Positions 46,730 to 56,557 of a stretch of 64,000 nucleotides of DNA are shown here, in pieces. The notes under the pieces are model-generated. The model did not search any database and was not told the DNA's origin. It worked only from the letters and a program-made list of their open reading frames with translations. The position numbers and the translations under genes are program-made. Position 1 is the stretch's first letter; every line of letters starts with the position of its first letter. Source of the stretch: an uncultured virus (IMG/VR IMGVR_UViG_3300035698_000446) (lineage: Duplodnaviria > Heunggongvirae > Uroviricota > Caudoviricetes); the IMG/VR virus record IMGVR_UViG_3300035698_000446; one strand, 5' to 3'.

Positions 46730-46758
46730 ATTATAATGTCAATAAATACATAACACAA
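46730..46758 (-). promoter_or_regulatory. Sigma70-type promoter for gp55, overlapping a divergent late motif
   Basis: TTGTGT-17-TATAAT on minus; TAAATA on plus at 46743-46748. Confidence 0.55.
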
Positions 46759-46773
46759 GAGGTATTTTATATT

Positions 46774-47778
46774 ATGGCATTACCAGACTTTTCCAGCATA
46801 GGTAAATCCGCAACTGCGTTCGGTAGCGGCCAAGCTCCTAAAGAAGTATCTTCGGGTACTGCGTTTGATCTATTAGATCCCGCAAATGCTCGACGAGCGA
46901 TCTCAGGACTGTTGCCTGGCGGCCTTAGTGGGCTGTCTAAATTAATTCCTAACATAGGATTCCTGGGTGGTGAAGGTGGCGGCGCTAGTGCGGCCGGTGA
47001 AGACGATTGGCGTGTTCGATTAAGTCTAGCTGACAGTGCTACCATATTTTATAAAGCCTCGTCTACTCAAAATTCAATAATGGCCCCGTTAGTTGAAACC
47101 AATGGAGTCATATGGCCGTACACTCCGACAATTACTGTAAGCCACGTGGCCAACTATTCAACTGCCGTGCTTACACATAGTAATTATTCCGCGCATTTCT
47201 ACAACAACTCAGATGTGAGTGACATAACAGTGACTGGTGAGTTTACTGTACAAAGCGTTGACGAAGGCCAGTATCTAATGGCCGCGATATATTTCCTAAG
47301 ATCAGCGACTAAAATGTTCTTTGGGCAAGGTGCTAATATTGGCAGTCCACCCCCGATCTTATTCTTAGATGGGTATGGTAGCCATTATTTCCCACACGTA
47401 CCTTGTGTGGTTACTAACTTTACACACAATCTTTCCAATGACGTCGATTACATACAAGTACCGATAACACAAACCACACTGGAAGATGTAACTATACCAA
47501 CAGCCGCCGACAATCCAAATGGTGGAGTTAACTTCCTTGACAATGATGGATTAGATAACGTGTCTCCGCTGTTGCGTAGCAATAAAGTTGGAGCAACACA
47601 ATCACAGAAATACAACAGCATAACATCATCCACACGTGTGCCAACAGCTAGTACAGTGTCAGTAACATTGAGACCAGTGTACAGCAGAGCAAACTTACAT
47701 AATAACTTTAATCTTAATGAGTTCTCCCAAGGATTGTTAGTCGGGAACAAGAAGAAAGGGTTTGGAGGATTCCTATAA
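46774..47778 (+). CDS. Baseplate tail-tube cap/initiator-like protein (gp48-like)
   Basis: 'WPYTPTITV', 'ITVTGEF', 'PPPILFLDGYG...VPCVVTNF' tube-fold pattern. First gene of baseplate operon. Confidence 0.6.
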   Translation: MALPDFSSIGKSATAFGSGQAPKEVSSGTAFDLLDPANARRAISGLLPGGLSGLSKLIPNIGFLGGEGGGASAAGEDDWRVRLSLADSATIFYKASSTQNSIMAPLVETNGVIWPYTPTITVSHVANYSTAVLTHSNYSAHFYNNSDVSDITVTGEFTVQSVDEGQYLMAAIYFLRSATKMFFGQGANIGSPPPILFLDGYGSHYFPHVPCVVTNFTHNLSNDVDYIQVPITQTTLEDVTIPTAADNPNGGVNFLDNDGLDNVSPLLRSNKVGATQSQKYNSITSSTRVPTASTVSVTLRPVYSRANLHNNFNLNEFSQGLLVGNKKKGFGGFL

Positions 47779-48083
47779 TGGCGGCGGCGAACTACAGCAA
47801 GACTAGTCCGTATGTAAACACTGAGACATTCTCATTCTTTTTAGATGTGGCAAACATACCCTCGATACCAAAAGATCCTAGTGATGTGCAGTATCGTATC
47901 GACAACATCTATAATCATAGACCCGATCTATTGGCATATGACTTATACGGTGACAGTTCTCTTTGGTGGGTTTTTTCTATTCGCAATCCTAACATACTAC
48001 AAGATCCAATCTATGACTTCTTGCCAGGAGCAACTATATACATTCCAAAAAAGGATACTCTAACCACAGCGTTAGGGTTATAA
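47778..48083 (+). CDS. gp53: Baseplate wedge protein (gp53-like, LysM-like)
   Basis: 'RPDLLAYDLYGDSSLWWVF..RN', 'IYIP'. Confidence 0.85.
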   Translation: MAAANYSKTSPYVNTETFSFFLDVANIPSIPKDPSDVQYRIDNIYNHRPDLLAYDLYGDSSLWWVFSIRNPNILQDPIYDFLPGATIYIPKKDTLTTALGL

Positions 48084-48086
48084 TCA

Positions 48087-50651
48087 ATGGCATTCCCTAC
48101 AGCTGACCAAGATTTAGAAAATAATATTTCACCTCTTCTACTAAGCACAAGCAAGAGCGAATTAACTCCTCCTGAGTTGACTAACGTCCAACGAGAAATA
48201 GGACCCGATTTTGGAGTAGAACCAGACATCAGTAATGCAGTTGAACCAGACTCTACAGACACGACTAAAACTAGCACAAATTTAGGAACGATTCCGTCAA
48301 TTGACGTAACAGAGAATTATTCTAGAGAATTTCCTGATGCTGACATATCCAAACCAGTGCCCAATCCACTGCATGGGTACGCCAGCTATACCTACGGACT
48401 GAGCCTGGCTTTGATGACTGCCGACGAATACAATAAGATAGTCAAAGAAGGTGTCTACTCTCCAACCAGGGTACTAATAGCAAGCGCCGGAAGACACAAT
48501 AACACACTAGGTCCTACTCAATTTATACGTGCACCACATTTTGCAGATGATTTCTATTTTGACGGTCTTGAATTAGAAACGGTGGTTGGGTTAAATGCGC
48601 AGTCTAGGAATTCTAATGCAGTGCATTACAAGTTTACGTTAATAGAACCATATGGATTTACCTTGTTGGACAGGATCATTACTCTAAGTAATGAGCTTGA
48701 GTGTGACAATTATCTAGACATGCCATACATGTTGCAGATTGATTTCTTTGGTATTGACGACACTGGTGCACTTACTGGTATGATACCTGATACTACAAAA
48801 CGAGTGCCCATCAGGCTAAACAAGATGGATGTTAACATGACTGTAAAGGGAGCAGAATACAGGATAGAGGGAGTGCCGTACAATCATTCAGCATTTGATC
48901 TAAGCACAGTTACTACTCCTGCAAATTTTGAAGTTAAAGCTAAAACAATATCACAATTTTTTACCAGCAGTGTTGGCTCAGATAAAAATAAAACAGAAAC
49001 CACAGAAAAAAGACCAATTCCGACGATTGATATCACAACAACAAACTCGGCTCTATTGAGTCTGCAGACCAAAATTGACCTTGGCTTGGTCACAAGTTAT
49101 GGTACTGCGCTAAACAACTGGGCCAAAGCGGCATATGACGCAGGCAAAATTGGAGCCAACGACACATATATTTTTAATTTCCTTGATGATGAAATAGCCA
49201 ACAGCCCCTTTACAACGGCCGCTCTATCAAGCCCAAAAGACACTGGTATGGCTGCAATTGATAGAACGAATTCAATATACAAATCATCAACCGGAGCAAA
49301 CACCAATGATTACGATCCCAATACGAGGATATTCCAGGTAAATGCTGGTACTTACGTAGACAGGATTATAGCCTGGGTAATACGTAACAGTCAATGGATG
49401 ACAGATCAGATGGTAATACCCGACGGTGAAACAGATATAGAAACATATCTTCAAAAGCAAACAGACAACAAGAACAAACCACTTTACTGGTTTAAGATCA
49501 CTCCTTCTATTAGACTGCTTGAGTTTGATAAGATAAGGAAGATATGGGCCAGAGAGATAACATACAACATACAAAAGTACAAGGTAGAAAACGTTAAAGT
49601 TGACATGGCTCCCCAAGGCCAGGCAAAAACCCCAGTCAAGGCCTACAATTATATCTATACCGGAAAAAATGATGACATATTAGATGTGGACATAAAATTT
49701 AACGCCCTTTACTACAATGCACTCACGCTGTATAGAAATCTTCTAACCAGGACAACCCCGCCAGCCTCGCCCGTTGAATCGGTAGTTCAATCAAACCCCG
49801 ACGGATATAACAAGATACGGCAACAAGATCCAAATGCTATAATGCCATTGGTTATGAAACCAGTTACAATAAACACAGGAACAACCTCTGGTAGTGGATC
49901 AACAACAGCAATGCAGGTAGCGATAGCAGATGTTGAAGCCAGTTTGATGACTATGAGTCAAGCTGACATGATGAATATAAAATTAGAGATAATAGGCGAT
50001 CCTACCTTTATTAAACAGGATGAAATATTTTGGTCTCCAGAGATTGCGGCTGAGCTAGAAAATACAGACCCTAGATTAACCTATGATGGCAGTTTAAAAA
50101 TGGACAACGGTGAAGTATATGTAAGTCTTATATTCCGCAGTCCGATTGATAGAGATGAGTCAACAGGGTTAATGAAATTTGACAGCAAGTATGAGAATAG
50201 CTTATTCTCTGGACTTTATCGTGTATTAACTGTAACTAATAAGTTTAGAAATGGACAGTTTACACAGACCCTTAATTTAGTTAGATTGGTTAGACAGCAG
50301 TCGTTGGACTATGCTCAGAACAAGGTATCAACCAGTGATGAAAGAAACAACGTTCCTGGCAAGCAAGCAATACAAGAACTATATAATCAAGGCCCAGACT
50401 TTACCCCCACAGATGCTACTGCATTAACACAATCTGTAGATGATACAGGGTCGGCACAACAGCAACAAGCAGGACGCAATAATATAGATCCTCCGTTAAT
50501 AGGACCAGATCAACAGGCATTACGGGGAATAAATGAAACGGCTACTACCCAACCAATGACTGATCAGAACGAACCAGCAACATTTAACCCATTTAGGGGA
50601 GTGCCATCAGGAGCTGATGCTCCATCTCAACAAAACTCATTTGGACAATAA
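48087..50651 (+). CDS. Putative baseplate hub protein (gp27-like position)
   Basis: 854 aa between gp53 and gp5. C-terminal 'IIGDP', 'FSGLYRVLTVTNKFRNGQFTQTLNLVR' are hub-type motifs. Confidence 0.6.
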   Translation: MAFPTADQDLENNISPLLLSTSKSELTPPELTNVQREIGPDFGVEPDISNAVEPDSTDTTKTSTNLGTIPSIDVTENYSREFPDADISKPVPNPLHGYASYTYGLSLALMTADEYNKIVKEGVYSPTRVLIASAGRHNNTLGPTQFIRAPHFADDFYFDGLELETVVGLNAQSRNSNAVHYKFTLIEPYGFTLLDRIITLSNELECDNYLDMPYMLQIDFFGIDDTGALTGMIPDTTKRVPIRLNKMDVNMTVKGAEYRIEGVPYNHSAFDLSTVTTPANFEVKAKTISQFFTSSVGSDKNKTETTEKRPIPTIDITTTNSALLSLQTKIDLGLVTSYGTALNNWAKAAYDAGKIGANDTYIFNFLDDEIANSPFTTAALSSPKDTGMAAIDRTNSIYKSSTGANTNDYDPNTRIFQVNAGTYVDRIIAWVIRNSQWMTDQMVIPDGETDIETYLQKQTDNKNKPLYWFKITPSIRLLEFDKIRKIWAREITYNIQKYKVENVKVDMAPQGQAKTPVKAYNYIYTGKNDDILDVDIKFNALYYNALTLYRNLLTRTTPPASPVESVVQSNPDGYNKIRQQDPNAIMPLVMKPVTINTGTTSGSGSTTAMQVAIADVEASLMTMSQADMMNIKLEIIGDPTFIKQDEIFWSPEIAAELENTDPRLTYDGSLKMDNGEVYVSLIFRSPIDRDESTGLMKFDSKYENSLFSGLYRVLTVTNKFRNGQFTQTLNLVRLVRQQSLDYAQNKVSTSDERNNVPGKQAIQELYNQGPDFTPTDATALTQSVDDTGSAQQQQAGRNNIDPPLIGPDQQALRGINETATTQPMTDQNEPATFNPFRGVPSGADAPSQQNSFGQ

Positions 50652-50654
50652 TCA

Positions 50655-52709
50655 ATGGCAATAGATTTTAGATCAGGCACTAAGGTAACTAGAAACTTAC
50701 GGAGAGAGGATACAGCCGCCACTCGTGTTGACCCACATCCATATATTGGTATAGTTAAAAATAATTTAGATCCAACACGTAGTGGTCGAGTGCAAGTGTG
50801 GATACCAGATCTAGGTGGTGTTGAAAGCGAACCGTTAAATTGGCGCACAGTTAGTTATTCTAGTCCATTTATGGGGTACACAACAAATCCTGATCTAAGT
50901 GATGATCACGAATCTTTTACCAGTGTGGCCCATACCTACGGTATGTGGATGGTGCCACCAGACATTGGCGTCCATGTTATAGTATTATTCATTGCGGGAG
51001 ACCCGTTGCGTGGCTATTGGATGGGTTGCGTAAATCCTAATCTTAGTCATCACATGTTGCCAGGACTAGCAGGCAGTACGAACGTGCGATTGGGCCCAAA
51101 CAAGTTTACTAGTAATGTCAACGTACCAGTTGTAGAATTTAACGAAAATGTTACTGAAAATATAACTAATTCTGCATTCTATAATATAGCTAAACCTATA
51201 CATATTCCTCAATATAATATATTGAAGCAACAGGGGTTAGACACTGACTCTATACGTGGATCTATATCCAGCAGTAGCCAGCGAGAAACTCCTAGTGCAG
51301 TATTTGGCATCAGCACTCCGGGTCGCCCAACAAATGACCCTGCTGAAGATCCAGACTATCTAACCAAGCTAAACAATAACACCCTGACCAGTGAATACCA
51401 TAAAGTTAAAACACGCAAAGGTGGACATACCTTTGTTATGGATGATGGAACAAACTTGGGCGTAGACCAATTGGTAAGATTGAGAACAGCTAAGGGACAT
51501 CAAATAATGTTCCACGACACTAACGAAATGATATATCTATCGCATGCTAACGGAAACACATGGATTGAGATGGACAAGGACGGTACGATCAGCATGTACA
51601 GCAAGGGCGGATTTAATGTACGCAGTGAAGGAACTATGAATTTCCATTCCGACAGCAACATCAATTTTGAGTCGGGCGGTGCTATCAGGATGCGAGCAGA
51701 GAACAAGCTACAGATAGAAACAGGAGAGACCACTTTACTACAGAACAAACTGTCAGTAACATCCACAGGAACTACAGCATTTAAATCCGGCGGACAATTT
51801 AAAATACAAGCTGATGCTAAGATATCAGTTAAAGCAGGTGGTGTATTAGCATTAGAAGGCTCGCAGATACTACAGAACAGTGGTGGAACAGAAACGGTCG
51901 ATGCCGTGAGAGGCCTGAAAGAGTATAATCTGAGCGACACTACATTGAAGGGCGGTTTTTGGCAACCGACTCCACGATCACTTAACACTATTTGTACGTC
52001 AGCACCAACGCACGAACCTTACCCGAGAGGACAACAAGCAAGATTCTTCAACCCAGAAAATTCTAATTCAAGAATCACAGCACAACCAACATTCAAAGGT
52101 GCGTTTGATGCTACGAAAAATGTGGCCGGAACCGAAGTAGTCAACCCAGGTGGAACGTATGATATTAGAAACCAACCAGTGCCAACCGGTACGGTAGGTA
52201 ATCTCAGCAAAGATGAACTAACGGCATACATGGCACAGATAGGCAAGAGTGAGAGCAGTGGTGATTATGCCGCAGTCAATGAATTAGGCTATGTGGGCAA
52301 GTATCAAATGGGCTACCAAGCTCTAATCGACGAGGGATACATCAAATCGTCAGTAACCAGCAACGCCGATCTAACTAATCCTAACTCATGGACAGGCAAG
52401 GACGGAATCACAGATCGAGCAACGTTCTTAGGCAACGAAACTATACAAGAAAGTGCCATGGTTGGATATACTAAGAAAAATTATACATCATTGTTAAACA
52501 ATGGAACGATAGCACAAGACACTTCACCTGAAGAAGTTGGCGGCATATTAGCAGTTAGCCATTTATTAGGTGCTGGTGGTGCTAAAAAATGGAGAACGAC
52601 CGGTGGTGGAGCAGATGCTAACGGAACAACTGGTAACACCTATTTCCAAAAAGGCAAATTTGCAGTAGCAACACTAGCACCGCAAGTGCAGGCTGTTCAA
52701 GCAGGATAA
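50655..52709 (+). CDS. gp5: Baseplate central spike (gp5-like) with C-terminal lysozyme-like domain
   Basis: OB-fold 'GIVKNNLDPTRSGRVQVWIP', 'PPDIG', beta-helix 'GHTFVMDD..RTAKGHQIMFHD', C-terminal 'ESSGDYAAVNELGYVGKYQMG'. Confidence 0.85.
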   Translation: MAIDFRSGTKVTRNLRREDTAATRVDPHPYIGIVKNNLDPTRSGRVQVWIPDLGGVESEPLNWRTVSYSSPFMGYTTNPDLSDDHESFTSVAHTYGMWMVPPDIGVHVIVLFIAGDPLRGYWMGCVNPNLSHHMLPGLAGSTNVRLGPNKFTSNVNVPVVEFNENVTENITNSAFYNIAKPIHIPQYNILKQQGLDTDSIRGSISSSSQRETPSAVFGISTPGRPTNDPAEDPDYLTKLNNNTLTSEYHKVKTRKGGHTFVMDDGTNLGVDQLVRLRTAKGHQIMFHDTNEMIYLSHANGNTWIEMDKDGTISMYSKGGFNVRSEGTMNFHSDSNINFESGGAIRMRAENKLQIETGETTLLQNKLSVTSTGTTAFKSGGQFKIQADAKISVKAGGVLALEGSQILQNSGGTETVDAVRGLKEYNLSDTTLKGGFWQPTPRSLNTICTSAPTHEPYPRGQQARFFNPENSNSRITAQPTFKGAFDATKNVAGTEVVNPGGTYDIRNQPVPTGTVGNLSKDELTAYMAQIGKSESSGDYAAVNELGYVGKYQMGYQALIDEGYIKSSVTSNADLTNPNSWTGKDGITDRATFLGNETIQESAMVGYTKKNYTSLLNNGTIAQDTSPEEVGGILAVSHLLGAGGAKKWRTTGGGADANGTTGNTYFQKGKFAVATLAPQVQAVQAG

Positions 52710-52717
52710 ATATTACT

Positions 52718-53095
52718 ATGGCTATCATGTACAGAGGATTTTCAACAGTAGGGCGCAATCGCAAATTCCGCCTCACGGATTTTGAGTTAATCAAACAGGA
52801 TCTGATCAATCATTTCTACATCCGCAAAGGTGAGAAATTAATGAATCCTGATTTTGGCACAATCATCTGGAACGTGGTGCACGAACCCTTAACAGAAGAT
52901 TTAAAAAGTGTCATAGTTACCGATATTAAAACAGTAGCCAGCTACGATCCTAGGCTAAGCATAGACAATGTAGTAGTAACAGAATATGCACAAGGCATAC
53001 AAGTTGAACTAGAATTACGCTACGTATTAACAAATCAGATCAATGTAATGAATCTACAATTTGACAATCAAAATAATACCCTAACTGCCGTATAA
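52718..53095 (+). CDS. gp25: Baseplate wedge/sheath initiator
   Basis: 'IKQDLINHF..RKGEKLMNPDFGT', 'YDPRL'. Confidence 0.92.
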   Translation: MAIMYRGFSTVGRNRKFRLTDFELIKQDLINHFYIRKGEKLMNPDFGTIIWNVVHEPLTEDLKSVIVTDIKTVASYDPRLSIDNVVVTEYAQGIQVELELRYVLTNQINVMNLQFDNQNNTLTAV

Positions 53096-53147
53096 TTAAC
53101 ATAGCACTTTTTAATCCTAATAAATACATTATACAGGGAAAAATTAT

Positions 53148-56100
53148 ATGGCAATTACCACAAGACAAAGCAGTTTACTAGTCGCTGAAGATTGGACTAA
53201 ACTATATCAGACCTTCCGCAATGCTGATTTCCAAAGCTATGACTATGAGACTCTAAGAAAGAGTATGGTGGACTATCTCCGCTTATACTATCCTGAAGAC
53301 TTTAACGACTTCATTGAATCAAGTGAGTTTATCGCTCTGATTGACCTATTAAGTTTCTTAGGACAAAGTCTGGCATTTAGAGGAGATCTAAATGCACGTG
53401 AAAACTTTATTGACACCGCACAGCGCCGTGACTCAGTATTAAAACTAGCACGTCTAATCAGCTACAATCCCAAACGTAATATTCCAGCTAATGGCCTGCT
53501 TAAGATTGATTCAGTTAGTACTACAGAAACAGTTTATGACAGCAATGGTCTTAACCTATCAGGATTAGTGATCAATTGGGCAGACAGTGCAAACGATAAT
53601 TGGCAAGAACAATTTAATGCAGTGATTAATAGTAGCCTTAACACAACACAGTCAATAGGCAAGCCAAGCAACAGTAAATTAATCAATAGCATACTAAATG
53701 AAGAATATCAGATTAATCTAGTACCAAACATAACAGCTACCTATGCGTTTAGTGCCGCCATTGAAGGGTCACAGACATCATTTGAAATGGTAAGCCCAAC
53801 ATCAGCAGGCCAATCTTATATCTATGAAGTCGCGCCAAGGCCAACTAGCAGTTTCAACATATTGTACAAGAATGACAATCTAGGTAATGGCAGTAACAAT
53901 ACCGGATTCTTCATGTACTTTAAACAAGGCGGACTAAAAAGTATAGACATCAACTTCCAAGAAAGTCTCCCTAATAGAGCATACAACGTAAACGTTGACA
54001 ATATTAATAATTTAGATGTTTGGTTATACAAATTAGATTCAAATGGTAATATTGACACACTATGGACACCAGTACCTAGTGTTGGTGCTACAAATATCAT
54101 TTATAACACTAGCACTAACAAGAACATCTATCAAGTAAACACACGTGCAGGCGATCAAATTGATTTGATATTTGGCGATGGAAGTTTTGCAACAATGCCA
54201 CAAGGTAGATTTAGATTGTACTACAGGACCAGCAACGGATTAAGCTACAAAATATCACCCGACGAAATGCGTGGAATAGTTATACCTATAAATTATGTTA
54301 GTAAAGCAGGAAGGATAGAGACTGTTAATATCCGTGCTAGCTTACGATATACTGTAACCAATGCAACAGCACGTGAAACTGTTGAAGAGGTAAGACAAAA
54401 AGCACCACAACAATACTACACACAAGATCGCATGGTAACAGGCGAGGACTATAACATATTGCCTTACACGTTATTCAACAGCGTGTTGAAAGTTAAAGGG
54501 GTTAATAGGACATCGAGCGGTATCAGTAGATATCTAGACGTCATTGACAGCACTGGAAAATATTCTAGCACGAACATATTCTGCCAGGATGGTATATTGT
54601 ACAAGGATGAGATCACTGACACATTTAGTTTTAGTTTTGTTACTACCAGTGACATCTACAAAGTAATTACTAATCAGATTATATCATTACTTAAGAAAAA
54701 AGATACATTACAGTTCTTCTATTCTAATTATGCACAAATTGGTGTGACAAACACGTATTGGAATAAGGCATTAGATGATGCAGGCATTACTGGATATTTT
54801 TATGATGCTACTGACAACATATTACAAGTTGGCCATTATGTTAGTGACAGTAAAAAATATGTTAAACAAGGCTCTATTGTAAAATTCTCCGCAGGCGCAG
54901 GCAAATATTTTGATGCACAAAACACAATTAAAACCGGAACGCCAAACAACGCCGGAGACAAGTATTATATCTATGCTGAAATCATTGAGGTCTTAGCAGA
55001 TGGAACCAATGGTGGTGAAGGTAATTTAGCCAATGGCAGTGGCCCAATAACATTAAATCAGATTGTTCCAACAGGTGCAGAGGCTATCCGGGTATTTCCA
55101 GTATTTAATAATACATTAACTACTGCTGTGACTACCAGTATGGTTGACTATATACAAGCATTCAAAGACTTTGGTCTGCGCTACGATGTAACCACATCAG
55201 CCTGGACTATAATAACACCGGAAAATATGAACAACGGTGCGTTTAATCTGTCAGCCGCAGGCAATACTAGTTCAGCTGGTCTTGATTCTAGTTGGTTAAT
55301 TAGATTCCAAACAGTGGGGCAAACATATTCAGTCTATTATAGAGGGCTCCAATACGTATTTGAAAGTGTCAGAGAAACTAATTTCTATTTTGACGAAGCC
55401 GTTAAAATATACGACCCACGAACAGGATTTACCATACGTGATCAGATCAATGTATTAAAAATGAATACAAACCCAGATGATTCTAACCCATTGGCATTAG
55501 AATACCAATGGCACATTTATGACAATGTTGTCGAAACAGATGGGTATTCTAATCCCAATAAAGTATTAGTTACATTCCCTGATTCAAACGATGATGGTGT
55601 TCCAGACAATCCAGAACTATTTGAAATACTGGTAAGTCCTACTACCTTAACAGCTCAGAAATATGTCTATTTCCAAAATACCTATGGCTACGATAATTTT
55701 GTTATACAAACGTCAGTGAGCAACAGTTTAGTAGTTAGTACATATAATTCTCTTGTTGCCCTTGAAACTGCAAAAACTCTTTATCAACATGGACAATTAT
55801 TTTATATTCCAAGTACTGACAAGTTCTATCAATTAGCAATCAGTGGCGCAGTTTATACAGTGTCTGTGGTTACTGGATATACTGCTAAGGTAGGAAGACA
55901 AGACATATACTTCCAATATAGACACAGCAGTCCAAATAATAGACGTATTGATCCAAGCCCAAATAACATTGTTGACTTGTACATACTAACTAAATCTTAC
56001 GCCACAGACTATCTTGCTTGGTTGCAGGATACAACTAACACAGTTGTCCAACCAACAGCGCCTACCCCAGAGGTCTTAGGAACAGACTATAGCAATCTAG

Positions 56101-56528
56101 AGAACTATAAGACAGTGTCGGATACAGTGATATATAATCCTGCTAAGTTTAAACCTATCTTTGGTGGCAAGGCAGAACCTGCACTGCAGGCAACGTTTAA
56201 AGTAGTCAAAAACTCTAGCGTGGTTGTCAGTGATAATAACGTGAAGACTAGTGTGATTGCGGCAATCAATACTTACTTTGATTTAAACAATTGGGACTTC
56301 GGAGAAACATTCTACTTCAGTGAACTAAGTGCGTACCTCCACAGCGTGTTGGCTCCGAACATAGCCAGTGTGACCATAGTTCCAAGCAGTGCAACCGAAA
56401 CCTTTGGTAGTCTCTTACAGATCAATGCAGAGTACAATGAGATTATCGTAAGTGCGGCCACGGTAGATAATGTGCAAATTATTACAGCTATTACAGCCGC
56501 ACAACTTAATCAAACCGTGACAGCGTAA
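53148..56528 (+). CDS. gp6: Baseplate wedge protein
   Basis: 'DYETLRKSM', 'ENFIDTAQRRDSVLKLARLISYNPKR', 'FGDG', 'ETVEEVRQKAPQQYYTQDRMVTGEDY'. Confidence 0.9.
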   Translation: MAITTRQSSLLVAEDWTKLYQTFRNADFQSYDYETLRKSMVDYLRLYYPEDFNDFIESSEFIALIDLLSFLGQSLAFRGDLNARENFIDTAQRRDSVLKLARLISYNPKRNIPANGLLKIDSVSTTETVYDSNGLNLSGLVINWADSANDNWQEQFNAVINSSLNTTQSIGKPSNSKLINSILNEEYQINLVPNITATYAFSAAIEGSQTSFEMVSPTSAGQSYIYEVAPRPTSSFNILYKNDNLGNGSNNTGFFMYFKQGGLKSIDINFQESLPNRAYNVNVDNINNLDVWLYKLDSNGNIDTLWTPVPSVGATNIIYNTSTNKNIYQVNTRAGDQIDLIFGDGSFATMPQGRFRLYYRTSNGLSYKISPDEMRGIVIPINYVSKAGRIETVNIRASLRYTVTNATARETVEEVRQKAPQQYYTQDRMVTGEDYNILPYTLFNSVLKVKGVNRTSSGISRYLDVIDSTGKYSSTNIFCQDGILYKDEITDTFSFSFVTTSDIYKVITNQIISLLKKKDTLQFFYSNYAQIGVTNTYWNKALDDAGITGYFYDATDNILQVGHYVSDSKKYVKQGSIVKFSAGAGKYFDAQNTIKTGTPNNAGDKYYIYAEIIEVLADGTNGGEGNLANGSGPITLNQIVPTGAEAIRVFPVFNNTLTTAVTTSMVDYIQAFKDFGLRYDVTTSAWTIITPENMNNGAFNLSAAGNTSSAGLDSSWLIRFQTVGQTYSVYYRGLQYVFESVRETNFYFDEAVKIYDPRTGFTIRDQINVLKMNTNPDDSNPLALEYQWHIYDNVVETDGYSNPNKVLVTFPDSNDDGVPDNPELFEILVSPTTLTAQKYVYFQNTYGYDNFVIQTSVSNSLVVSTYNSLVALETAKTLYQHGQLFYIPSTDKFYQLAISGAVYTVSVVTGYTAKVGRQDIYFQYRHSSPNNRRIDPSPNNIVDLYILTKSYATDYLAWLQDTTNTVVQPTAPTPEVLGTDYSNLENYKTVSDTVIYNPAKFKPIFGGKAEPALQATFKVVKNSSVVVSDNNVKTSVIAAINTYFDLNNWDFGETFYFSELSAYLHSVLAPNIASVTIVPSSATETFGSLLQINAEYNEIIVSAATVDNVQIITAITAAQLNQTVTA

Positions 56529-56557
56529 ATGAATACTATTCAAAAGATGAGAAAATA

